A stretch of 64,000 nt of DNA from a virus, in IMG/VR virus record IMGVR_UViG_3300029319_000002, positions 1 through 64,000 of that record; one strand, given 5' to 3'. The position numbers were made by a program, and so were the translations under genes. How positions within the stretch are numbered: the stretch's first letter is position 1; each line of letters starts with the position of its first letter. Shown piece by piece: positions 8,861-16,006 of this stretch. The notes beneath the pieces were generated by a model. The model worked only from the letters and a program-made list of their open reading frames with translations. It was not told the origin of the DNA and made no database searches.

Positions 8861-8863
8861 ATA
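8857..8863 (+). promoter_or_regulatory. T4-type late promoter
   Basis: CTAAATA at the gene end. Confidence 0.55.
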
Positions 8864-8930
8864 ATTGCAATCATCAAAGGAGGTCGATTCATTATACTTT
8901 TAGGATGAGTAGTTTATAGGAAAGAAAAAA

Positions 8931-9167
8931 ATGATTGCAGCAACGTTAACATTCTCTGCTCTATTCTCTATTGGAGCATTGATAATTGGATTCATGGCAG
9001 GTTGGTTCGTTAACACGTATTACACGGATTATATCGAACAGATAACTACTCCACAACTCCACCCGGAAATGTATGATGAAGAAGGTAATTTGTTACATAC
9101 ACAATTACTTTCGGTTCGTTTTGAAAACGAATCTCTACTTGATTTTTATGAAGATGACGACGACTAA
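8931..9167 (+). CDS. Hypothetical membrane protein
   Basis: N-terminal TM, HPE motif, acidic tail. Confidence 0.7.
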   Translation: MIAATLTFSALFSIGALIIGFMAGWFVNTYYTDYIEQITTPQLHPEMYDEEGNLLHTQLLSVRFENESLLDFYEDDDD

Positions 9168-9182
9168 TTAATTCTGTTTACC

Positions 9183-9635
9183 ATGGCTAAAAAATTACCT
9201 AGTAATCCCCTAATCAGTGAAGTGCTACAAGCTGCTTCTAGTGCAAAAACAAAAAAAGAAAAGATCAAAATCCTACAAGAGTACAAAAACGATGCTCTAC
9301 TAGCAATTTTGATTTGGAACTTTGATGAAACTGCAAAGAGTGCTCTACCTGAGGGTGATGTTCCATACACACCTTCAGATGCACCTGCTGGAACAAACTA
9401 TCATACTCGACTTGTAGTTGAGCATAAGAAACTGTTTCACTTTATTCGTGGTGCATCAGATCTAAATCAAAACCGTAAGGAAATGATGTTCATTAATATG
9501 CTAGAGTCACTTCATGCTGACGAAGCAGAAGTTCTAGTTCTTACTAAAGATGGAAAACTCTCTAGTAAGTATAGAATCACTCTACCAACTGTTAAAGAAG
9601 CATTTCCAGAAGTTACTTGGGGGAATAGAGGTTGA
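9183..9635 (+). CDS. Conserved T4-like cyanophage hypothetical protein
   Basis: 150-aa ORF with LPEGDVPY and LESLHADEAEVL motifs. Confidence 0.75.
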   Translation: MAKKLPSNPLISEVLQAASSAKTKKEKIKILQEYKNDALLAILIWNFDETAKSALPEGDVPYTPSDAPAGTNYHTRLVVEHKKLFHFIRGASDLNQNRKEMMFINMLESLHADEAEVLVLTKDGKLSSKYRITLPTVKEAFPEVTWGNRG

Positions 9636-9636
9636 T

Positions 9637-9894
9637 ATGGGAAGTTTTTCAGTATTATTTCCAGATTGTGACCCTTCGCAAGCAGATGACACTAGTTTAC
9701 CAACTAATGCATATTTGGTCGAATATATTCAAGGTGAAACTTCACATTACGATATCGTGATGTCCAGTAAAAAAGTAGATATATTTGACCATTACTATGA
9801 TAAGTATAGAAAAGATCTTTTGAATATCACTCAAACAGAGGGTAGGATTCGTCCTAACCTTTATGGAGAGAGCAAAAAGAAAAAGGGAAAGTGA
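9637..9894 (+). CDS. Hypothetical protein
   Basis: Start refined to ATG 9637, directly after the previous stop. Confidence 0.7.
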   Translation: MGSFSVLFPDCDPSQADDTSLPTNAYLVEYIQGETSHYDIVMSSKKVDIFDHYYDKYRKDLLNITQTEGRIRPNLYGESKKKKGK

Positions 9895-9955
9895 TTTCCC
9901 AAAAAGGGGGAAAAAAATTCCCCAAAATTTTTGCTCAAAAAGGTCGATTAAAAAT

Positions 9956-9971
9956 TGTATTATATAATACA
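9956..9971. promoter_or_regulatory. Candidate NtcA box
   Basis: Perfect 16-bp palindrome TGTATTATATAATACA = TGTA-N8-TACA; contains TATAAT at 9963-9968. Confidence 0.6.
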
Positions 9972-9978
9972 CTAATAC

Positions 9979-10007
9979 TTGACTAAATAAGACAGATGGT
10001 CTAATAT
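9979..10007 (+). promoter_or_regulatory. Sigma70-type promoter with overlapping late motif
   Basis: TTGACT-17 bp-TAATAT; CTAAATA at 9983-9989; predicted start about 10014, just before riboswitch P1. Confidence 0.6.
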
Positions 10008-10015
10008 AGACCTAT

Positions 10016-10246
10016 CGTTCATCCAATGCTATCACTCTTATTGGCATTGACCTTAGCCAACCACGATCCGTCACCCTACGGGTGGCATATGACTTGTGAA
10101 AGGTTCTTACAAAGACGATTAGAGATCCAGGCAGATCCAAACCTTGACTTTAGGTCGAAGTTGAATCTAATAAGGTATCTAAAATCAAAAGTAGAAGGTG
10201 AATGTAAAGGAGTGTATACATAGGACGCAAGTAAGTCGCGGAACGG
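10016..10246 (+). ncRNA. Glutamine-II (Downstream-peptide) riboswitch-like unit 1, with an ORF inside the P2 loop
   Basis: CGTTCATCC ... GGACGCA-AGTAAGTCGC-GGAACGG; P1 CGTTC/GAACG and the CGCA junction match the motif. Confidence 0.65.
10026..10223 (+). CDS. Small two-Cys protein nested in riboswitch unit 1
   Basis: Hydrophobic N-terminus; MTC...I...LD...KL.LI...K...EC. Confidence 0.75.
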   Translation: MLSLLLALTLANHDPSPYGWHMTCERFLQRRLEIQADPNLDFRSKLNLIRYLKSKVEGECKGVYT

Positions 10247-10248
10247 AG

Positions 10249-10461
10249 CGTTCATCCCATGTTTGAATTACTCTTATATTCAACACTTAGTTGTACTCAA
10301 GCCGATGCTATTATGTTTCGGATTACTACAAATAAGCATTTAGATGATGAACTCAAACTTGAGTTAATTGAGACCGTAAAGGACTCAGCACCAGAATGTG
10401 ATTATTACTGGGACGCAAACGACTGAAGGAACGGGGCCTAAAAATCCAACTACTTCAGGAG
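10249..10461 (+). ncRNA. Glutamine-II riboswitch-like unit 2, with a pseudoknot over the RBS of the DUF4278 gene
   Basis: CGTTCATCCC ... GGGACGCAAACGACTGAAGGAACGGGG; CTGAAG (10423-28) is complementary to CTTCAG (10453-58), which overlaps SD GGAG. Confidence 0.78.
10259..10426 (+). CDS. 55-aa two-Cys protein nested in riboswitch unit 2, paralog of 10026 (not in ORF track)
   Basis: MFELLLYSTLSCTQADAIMFRITTNKHLDDELKLELIETVKDSAPECDYYWDAND. Confidence 0.75.
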   Translation: MFELLLYSTLSCTQADAIMFRITTNKHLDDELKLELIETVKDSAPECDYYWDAND

Positions 10462-10468
10462 TAAACAA

Positions 10469-10636
10469 ATGAACACACTTACTATCATCAAAAAGCAGAT
10501 TGAAAAGCAATCTGCAATTCACGATGCACAAATTTCTCACACTGCCTATCGTGGTGTTAAGTATAATGTAAACTGTGCAGAGCAACAGGATCTTCATGGA
10601 ACCTATTGCTATCGTGGTCGCACCTATACTAAGTGA
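10469..10636 (+). CDS. DUF4278-family peptide, 55 aa (not in ORF track)
   Basis: Two YRG motifs (AYRGVKY, CYRGRTY); CAGGAG SD; directly downstream of the riboswitch. Confidence 0.85.
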   Translation: MNTLTIIKKQIEKQSAIHDAQISHTAYRGVKYNVNCAEQQDLHGTYCYRGRTYTK

Positions 10637-10641
10637 TCACA

Positions 10642-10737
10642 ATGGAAGCATTACAAATAGTCGGACTCACGTCTCTAGGTTGTGCAGCATTTATTGGATT
10701 ACTTTACGGTGAACTAATTCTCCTCAATAAAGTCTAG
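10642..10737 (+). CDS. 31-aa single-TM microprotein (not in ORF track)
   Basis: MEALQIVGLTSLGCAAFIGLLYGELILLNKV. Confidence 0.6.
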   Translation: MEALQIVGLTSLGCAAFIGLLYGELILLNKV

Positions 10738-10745
10738 GAGGACAA

Positions 10746-10904
10746 ATGCTGAAGATCAAAATTGAATATGATCTTCCAGTATATGATCCAGAAAAACACG
10801 ATCCGAATAAAACTTTTGCGTTTTTAACTTATCGTGGTGTACATTATGCTAAGTGGGTTTATTTAAAACCTCTTAGCAAGAAAAACTGGAAAATAAGTAA
10901 TTAA
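10746..10904 (+). CDS. 52-aa YRGV-motif peptide, DUF4278-like (not in ORF track)
   Basis: AGGAGG SD; FLTYRGVHYAK. Confidence 0.75.
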   Translation: MLKIKIEYDLPVYDPEKHDPNKTFAFLTYRGVHYAKWVYLKPLSKKNWKISN

Positions 10905-10940
10905 GAGGGTCTTGACGACCCTCTTTTTTATTGCTATAAT
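10903..10940 (+). terminator. Terminator with the -35 of the next promoter in its loop
   Basis: AAGAGGGTC-TTGAC-GACCCTCTT-TTTT; TTGACG(10912)-17 bp-TATAAT(10935). Confidence 0.85.
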
Positions 10941-10962
10941 ACCTTTGTAACCAGTCCCTACC

Positions 10963-11145
10963 ATGTACGAAGAACTTAATTGTTTTGAGGAAGCACTCAA
11001 GCATTTTGGCACAAGAGTTGAAGTCATTTGTGCTCTAGAGTTATCAAACCGCATTTCTTCTGAAGATGCTTATAAGATGATTAAAGATGAAATGAAAGAA
11101 GTAAAGAAATGTCGTAAGCAATTTAAAAACGAAAAAGACTGCTGA
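10963..11145 (+). CDS. Hypothetical protein
   Basis: First ORF after the promoter. Confidence 0.7.
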   Translation: MYEELNCFEEALKHFGTRVEVICALELSNRISSEDAYKMIKDEMKEVKKCRKQFKNEKDC

Positions 11146-11146
11146 G

Positions 11147-11470
11147 ATGCCTACTAAACAAAATCTGTTTCCCTATGAAACATTTCCTATTCGACTTGAG
11201 CATAAAGAAGGAAAAGATACAAAAATTTGCCGATTTCAGCACTTTGATCATTTCCAAAAATATATGTTGCGATATGGTTTAAACCCTAAGGATTGCAAGA
11301 TTGATTTTGCTCCAGGAACGGATATAGATATTAGCAAGATCTCAAAAGAACAAAAAGGAAAGGACCAAAAGACCAAAAAACTATTTTCTAATTTGGAGAC
11401 ATTTTTTAATGGAAAGGGACAAACTAAAACTAATCGTAAGAAATCTCAAACTTCTCGTCGAAAGTCTTGA
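11147..11470 (+). CDS. Hypothetical protein
   Basis: Follows the previous stop; basic tail overlaps the next ORF. Confidence 0.55.
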   Translation: MPTKQNLFPYETFPIRLEHKEGKDTKICRFQHFDHFQKYMLRYGLNPKDCKIDFAPGTDIDISKISKEQKGKDQKTKKLFSNLETFFNGKGQTKTNRKKSQTSRRKS

Positions 11471-11660
11471 ATCAGAAATCTTTTCTGATGTAGATAGTTA
11501 CCTCCCGGATAAATCAGAAAATTTTGATGATGAAGTAACTGGACTTCCAATGGATTCCTCTGAAAACTTTGATGAAATGTATGATGATTGGGAATATGAT
11601 TGGTCTGATAATGAATTAACATATAGAGATACAAATGATGATGATGGTGACGGACTGTGA
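11409..11660 (+). CDS. Hypothetical acidic protein
   Basis: MERDKLKLIVRNLKLLVESLESEI coiled-coil start, Asp-rich tail. Confidence 0.7.
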   Translation: MERDKLKLIVRNLKLLVESLESEIFSDVDSYLPDKSENFDDEVTGLPMDSSENFDEMYDDWEYDWSDNELTYRDTNDDDGDGL

Positions 11661-11875
11661 TACTTCCCATTTTATTCGCAGCTGTTGTTGGATTTCCAGC
11701 ATATCCCACTTGCCATCCAGCAACTGCTGCCTGGGACTATGCACAGTTACAACGTCTTGGTGCTAGTGATGAAGTAGCATGGCAGTTAGGAGTTGTTCCA
11801 TATCATGATGGCACTCCAGAGTGTCAAAAGAGGGTGGAGTACAGCATTGACTTCAATAAGAGGACATGGAGATGA
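11657..11875 (+). CDS. Hypothetical exported protein
   Basis: GTGA coupling; signal-like N-terminus; two Cys. Confidence 0.55.
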   Translation: MILPILFAAVVGFPAYPTCHPATAAWDYAQLQRLGASDEVAWQLGVVPYHDGTPECQKRVEYSIDFNKRTWR

Positions 11876-11900
11876 ACGGATTTAATAGGAGGACTTAAAG

Positions 11901-12050
11901 ATGAGTAAAGAATACAAAAAAATATTAGATTATATTAAACATGCTTTGGCACACCCTCACCTTTATGAGGAAAGTGAGTTAGAATATCTTCGTAAAACGA
12001 AGAAAGAAATGAAATCACAAATGAAGTACAACAAGATTTTTGGAGAATGA
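11901..12050 (+). CDS. Hypothetical 49-aa protein (not in ORF track)
   Basis: AGGAGG SD; ATGA coupling to thyX. Confidence 0.65.
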   Translation: MSKEYKKILDYIKHALAHPHLYEESELEYLRKTKKEMKSQMKYNKIFGE

Positions 12051-12685
12051 CTGTAAGACTGATTCAAGCAACACCTAATCCTGAAGAGAACATGGCATAT
12101 GTTGCCCGTGTTTCTAATCCTAACAACCAGGAAAATCCTAACTATGCAGGATTGCTAAAATATTGTATTAAGCACAACCACTGGAGTGTGTTTGAGCAAG
12201 CATATATGACTCTTGAGATCGAGACCAATCGTGGAATCGCAGCTCAAATACTGCGCCACCGTTCATTTACATATCAAGAATTTTCACAACGTTATGCTGA
12301 TTCTTCCCTACTCTCGGAGACGATCCCTCTACCTGAACTACGGAGTCAAGACACCAAGAATCGTCAGAATTCTATTGATAATGTTGACCCGTTTGTCAAA
12401 CAAGAACTTGAAATTGCGATGAGAAAGCATTTTGATTCTGCAATGGACATCTATAAGCATATGCTTGAAATGGGAATTGCAAAGGAATGTGCTCGCTTTG
12501 TGCTTCCCCTCGCAACACCTACAAGAATCTACATGACCGGTTCATGTCGATCATGGATCCATTATATCCAGTTGCGTTCTGCTAACGGAACACAGAAGGA
12601 GCATATGGATGTTGCACTTGCTTGTAGAGATATTTTCTGTGAACAATATCCTACGGTTGCAGAAGCACTTGAGTGGACTAAATAA
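12047..12685 (+). CDS. thyX: FAD-dependent thymidylate synthase
   Basis: HWSVFE, QILRHRSFTYQEFSQRY, AKECARFVLP. Confidence 0.98.
   Translation: MTVRLIQATPNPEENMAYVARVSNPNNQENPNYAGLLKYCIKHNHWSVFEQAYMTLEIETNRGIAAQILRHRSFTYQEFSQRYADSSLLSETIPLPELRSQDTKNRQNSIDNVDPFVKQELEIAMRKHFDSAMDIYKHMLEMGIAKECARFVLPLATPTRIYMTGSCRSWIHYIQLRSANGTQKEHMDVALACRDIFCEQYPTVAEALEWTK
12678..12684 (+). promoter_or_regulatory. T4-type late promoter
   Basis: CTAAATA. Confidence 0.55.
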
Positions 12686-12706
12686 TTTCATACACTATTT
12701 TTTAAT

Positions 12707-12955
12707 ATGGCAACTTACCCCGTCGTTAATACCAAAACTGGTGAGACAAAAGAAGTGAAAATGAGTGTTCATGAATGGGATCAGTGGAAAGAAGATAATC
12801 CAGACTGGTCCCGAGACTATTCTGACCCATCAACAATGCCCGGTGTGGGTGAGGTTGGTGAGTGGAGGGATAAGCTCGTCGCAAAAAATCCTGGATGGAA
12901 TACTGTCCTGGAGAATGCATCAAAAGTCCGAGGTTCTAAAGTAAGAAAGATTTAA
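12707..12955 (+). CDS. Conserved hypothetical protein
   Basis: MATYPVVNTKTGE start; typical neighbour of phoH. Confidence 0.75.
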   Translation: MATYPVVNTKTGETKEVKMSVHEWDQWKEDNPDWSRDYSDPSTMPGVGEVGEWRDKLVAKNPGWNTVLENASKVRGSKVRKI

Positions 12956-12958
12956 TCT

Positions 12959-13717
12959 ATGCCAAGAAATAGAAAGAACGGAAACAACTCTCCAATTGGA
13001 GTTGGAATGACTGCTAAGCAAATGAGACGCAGAAAACCTATCAATGCAGATTTGATGGTTGACATTAATCCACTTACGGATAATCAAAAAAAGTTTTTCG
13101 ATTCTTATAAGAAAGGGCAAAATTTATTTGCATACGGATGTGCAGGCACAGGTAAAACATTCATCGCACTATATCTTGCATTGAAAGAAGTTCTTGATGA
13201 TAGAACTCCATATGATAAAATTTACATTGTAAGATCTCTTGTTTCTACCAGAGAAATTGGATTTCTTCCTGGAGACCATGAAGATAAGGCAGCACTCTAT
13301 CAGATTCCTTATAAGAATATGGTAAAATACATGTTTGAAATGCCTACAGATTCTGACTTTGAACTTCTTTATGGCAACTTAAAAGCACAAGAAACTATTA
13401 GTTTCTGGTCTACATCCTTTATTCGTGGTACAACTCTCGATAATGCAATTGTCATTGTTGATGAATGCCAAAACTTGAATTTTCACGAACTTGATAGTAT
13501 AATTACAAGGATAGGTGACGATTCTAAAATCTGTTTTTGTGGTGATGCCACACAGACGGATCTAACCAAAACTTATGAAAAGAATGGTATTCTTGATTTC
13601 AAGAAAATCCTCCACTCTATGAACGAGTTTGACATTGTTGAATTTGGTCTTGATGATATTGTACGTTCTGGTCTAGTTAAATCTTACCTATTTGCTAAAA
13701 ACGAATTACAATTATAA
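12959..13717 (+). CDS. phoH: PhoH-like ATPase
   Basis: GCAGTGKT Walker A; IGFLPGD; RGTTLDNAIVIVDECQN. Confidence 0.96.
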   Translation: MPRNRKNGNNSPIGVGMTAKQMRRRKPINADLMVDINPLTDNQKKFFDSYKKGQNLFAYGCAGTGKTFIALYLALKEVLDDRTPYDKIYIVRSLVSTREIGFLPGDHEDKAALYQIPYKNMVKYMFEMPTDSDFELLYGNLKAQETISFWSTSFIRGTTLDNAIVIVDECQNLNFHELDSIITRIGDDSKICFCGDATQTDLTKTYEKNGILDFKKILHSMNEFDIVEFGLDDIVRSGLVKSYLFAKNELQL

Positions 13718-14406
13718 TGTTTGAACACGTTGAACTAGATCTCAGTCCTCTCGAAAGAGAAACCATTGATGGAGTTCGTTATTACAAAATACCAGATAAT
13801 CATAGTCTCCTCAAATTAGTTTCTATTACTTCGGTGATCAGTCACTACAATAAGGAGACTTTTGCTAAGTGGAGAGAAAAAGTTGGTGATGACAAAGCCA
13901 ATGAAATCACCAGAAAAGCAACTAGTAGGGGCACGGACTTTCATACTCTTGCTGAACATCTTCTTAATAATGATGAACTTCCATCAGGATCAGTTCAACC
14001 ACTTTCTGAATTCTTATATCTTATTGCAAAAGATGAACTAAAGAATATCAATAAAATTTATGGTCTAGAAAAAGCACTTTATAGTAAAGAGTTGGGAATT
14101 GCAGGAACTGTAGATTGTATTGCAGAATATAATAATGAGTTAGCAATCATTGACTTTAAGACAAGTAAAAAACCCAAACCCAGAGAGTGGGTTGAAGGTT
14201 ATTTTGTACAATGTGCAGCATACGCTTGCATGTTATATGAGATGACTGGTATAATTGTAAAGAAATTCGTCATCCTTATGGCTTGTGAAGACGGAGACTG
14301 TGTTGTCTATGAAGAATATGATAAAGCAACATACATCAAAAAATTGTCCCAATACATCACTAAATTTGTAAATGATAAACTTAATTACTATGAAAAAAAC
14401 GTTTGA
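13717..14406 (+). CDS. PD-(D/E)xK (Cas4-like) exonuclease
   Basis: RGTDFH, AGTVDCIAEY, IIDFKTS, Q..AY motifs. Confidence 0.88.
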   Translation: MFEHVELDLSPLERETIDGVRYYKIPDNHSLLKLVSITSVISHYNKETFAKWREKVGDDKANEITRKATSRGTDFHTLAEHLLNNDELPSGSVQPLSEFLYLIAKDELKNINKIYGLEKALYSKELGIAGTVDCIAEYNNELAIIDFKTSKKPKPREWVEGYFVQCAAYACMLYEMTGIIVKKFVILMACEDGDCVVYEEYDKATYIKKLSQYITKFVNDKLNYYEKNV

Positions 14407-14647
14407 AGAAATTTCATCAGAGAAATTTATATCCCCAGCAAAGTTTTCGGAAGAAATCGAAAACATTGTCAAACGAAATCCAGAGTTTAACTATATCGAA
14501 GCAATAGTATCTTTCTGTGAAGAGAAGGGTATTGAAGTTGATGCCATCTCCAAATTAATTACAAAACCTTTGAAAGAAAAGATCAAGAGAGATGCAATCG
14601 AGCTAAATTATATGAAAAAAACATCGAGAGCAAAATTGCCTTTATGA
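14390..14647 (+). CDS. gp33: Late-promoter transcription coactivator gp33
   Basis: YIEAIVSFCEEKGIEV...LKEKIKRDA; sits upstream of gp59. Confidence 0.88.
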   Translation: MKKTFEEISSEKFISPAKFSEEIENIVKRNPEFNYIEAIVSFCEEKGIEVDAISKLITKPLKEKIKRDAIELNYMKKTSRAKLPL

Positions 14648-15243
14648 AAGTGACACCCTTTGAAGTTTATCAAACATATTTGTCATTCAAAAATCATTTT
14701 ACCAAAGAGAAGTATGATTACTTCAAATATTCTGGTAAAACTAATGCATCTATCACATCATTTAATAAACGTCGTGATAGATATTTCTTTGAAAAGATGT
14801 CACGACAAAAAAGTGATATTGAAATAAAAGAATATTTTCTATCAAACTTTATCACCGAAGATCCATCAAAGATTTGGATTAAAGAAATTATTCAAAACGG
14901 TGAAAATAGATATACTGATTGGAAAAAGAAAAATCAATCATTATCATATATCTTTAGTGAAGAAGTGACTTCAGTTTTTGAAACTAAAAACTTTGATGCC
15001 ATGTTCTCCACTAAAAAAGGACACCCAGTAGTATTCAAAAAATATTTGGGTGGGGAATTATCTATTGAAACAATGGTAATTCTTGATAAAATACTAGGGT
15101 TCAGAAATGATTTTGATTCTAAACTTACAGATCCTGTGTGGATATCCGTAAGTTTAATTTTAAAGAAGTACGAACCCTTTCTAAATATTGATGTATTTCA
15201 CTTTAAAAAAATATTGAAGGAGATTATTAAAAATGGCACTTGA
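14644..15243 (+). CDS. gp59: Helicase loader gp59
   Basis: YLSFKNHFTKEKYDYFKY, FNKRRDRYFFEK. Confidence 0.93.
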   Translation: MKVTPFEVYQTYLSFKNHFTKEKYDYFKYSGKTNASITSFNKRRDRYFFEKMSRQKSDIEIKEYFLSNFITEDPSKIWIKEIIQNGENRYTDWKKKNQSLSYIFSEEVTSVFETKNFDAMFSTKKGHPVVFKKYLGGELSIETMVILDKILGFRNDFDSKLTDPVWISVSLILKKYEPFLNIDVFHFKKILKEIIKNGT

Positions 15244-15424
15244 AAACAATGAAGTTTTGCAAAATCTTATCCAACAACGCAAAGATTTGACAGAACAACT
15301 TGATTCTACTCGCATTACTTTAATTAAAGTCGAAGGTGCGATCGATGTTTTACAGCAAATTGAAAAATCTAAAGAAGAACCCTCAGATTCCGTAACACCA
15401 GAAGTAGTAGAAACAGATGAGTAA
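15233..15424 (+). CDS. Small coiled-coil protein
   Basis: Heptad pattern with IKVEGAI motif. Confidence 0.65.
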   Translation: MALENNEVLQNLIQQRKDLTEQLDSTRITLIKVEGAIDVLQQIEKSKEEPSDSVTPEVVETDE

Positions 15425-15752
15425 TTTCTTTGACTCTGAAATGGTCAGTACAGAAATTGAAAGAATTTCCGAACTACAGGAAGTTCTTTATCATAAACTT
15501 CCAGAATTTCCTGAACTTGATAAGGAAGAAAAACTGGAATTAATTGCTATGTTAGAAGAACTTTTAGATAAGCAAAAAATTCTTTATACAAGATTATCTC
15601 TATCTGATGATCCTGCAGCAATTAAAATGAAAAATCATCTTGATTTACAAAAAACTATGTTAGGTGTTCCGCAAGATGTCTCTCCAAATCAAATTTTCGA
15701 TCAAATGAAAACGGTCATTGATAGATACTTAGATTTTATCGACAGAGAATAA
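15417..15752 (+). CDS. DUF1825-like protein
   Basis: FFDSEMV...QKILYTRLSLSDDP motif. Confidence 0.8.
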   Translation: MSNFFDSEMVSTEIERISELQEVLYHKLPEFPELDKEEKLELIAMLEELLDKQKILYTRLSLSDDPAAIKMKNHLDLQKTMLGVPQDVSPNQIFDQMKTVIDRYLDFIDRE

Positions 15753-15806
15753 TAGGGATAGCAACCCCTCTAAAAGTTCTGTTTACCCTATTAGGAGAAA
15801 CAGATG
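15750..15806 (+). promoter_or_regulatory. Structured leader able to sequester the RBS
   Basis: TAATAGGG/CCCTATTA and TCTGTTT/AAACAGA pairings around SD AGGAG. Confidence 0.45.
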
Positions 15807-15917
15807 GCAAACTCACCAGTCGATAAGAGTAAAGAATTTATCAAGTCGGGGATGACCCTGATCACTGACCAAGCATCAGATCGACACTTGAAACGGGTTA
15901 AGAAAAAAACCAAATAA
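15804..15917 (+). CDS. 37-aa basic peptide (not in ORF track)
   Basis: AGGAG SD; MANSPVDKSKEFIKSGMTLITDQASDRHLKRVKKKTK. Confidence 0.7.
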   Translation: MANSPVDKSKEFIKSGMTLITDQASDRHLKRVKKKTK

Positions 15918-15922
15918 ATATC

Positions 15923-15971
15923 AGGACGGTACTGAAAAACTCTTGACAGTGCCGTCCTTTTTCGTTATACT
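15923..15971 (+). terminator. Terminator with embedded gene 32 promoter
   Basis: AGGACGGTACTG...CAGTGCCGTCCT-TTTT; TTGACA(15943)-17 bp-TATACT(15966). Confidence 0.85.
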
Positions 15972-16006
15972 ATCCAAGTAATCCAATTTACACAGGCCAA
16001 ATCCAA

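Noticed and set aside
10016-10461. wcaG, manA or PhotoRC RNA motifs
   Set aside because: The CGTTCA/CGCA/GGAACGG pattern, the RBS pseudoknot and the downstream DUF4278 gene fit glutamine-II better; not verified by cmsearch
10642-10737. PetM/PetL-like identity for the 31-aa TM peptide
   Set aside because: Only generic hydrophobic similarity; no diagnostic residues
13717-14406. Cas4-like nuclease as a CRISPR component
   Set aside because: Stand-alone core exonuclease in its usual phoH-gp33 context
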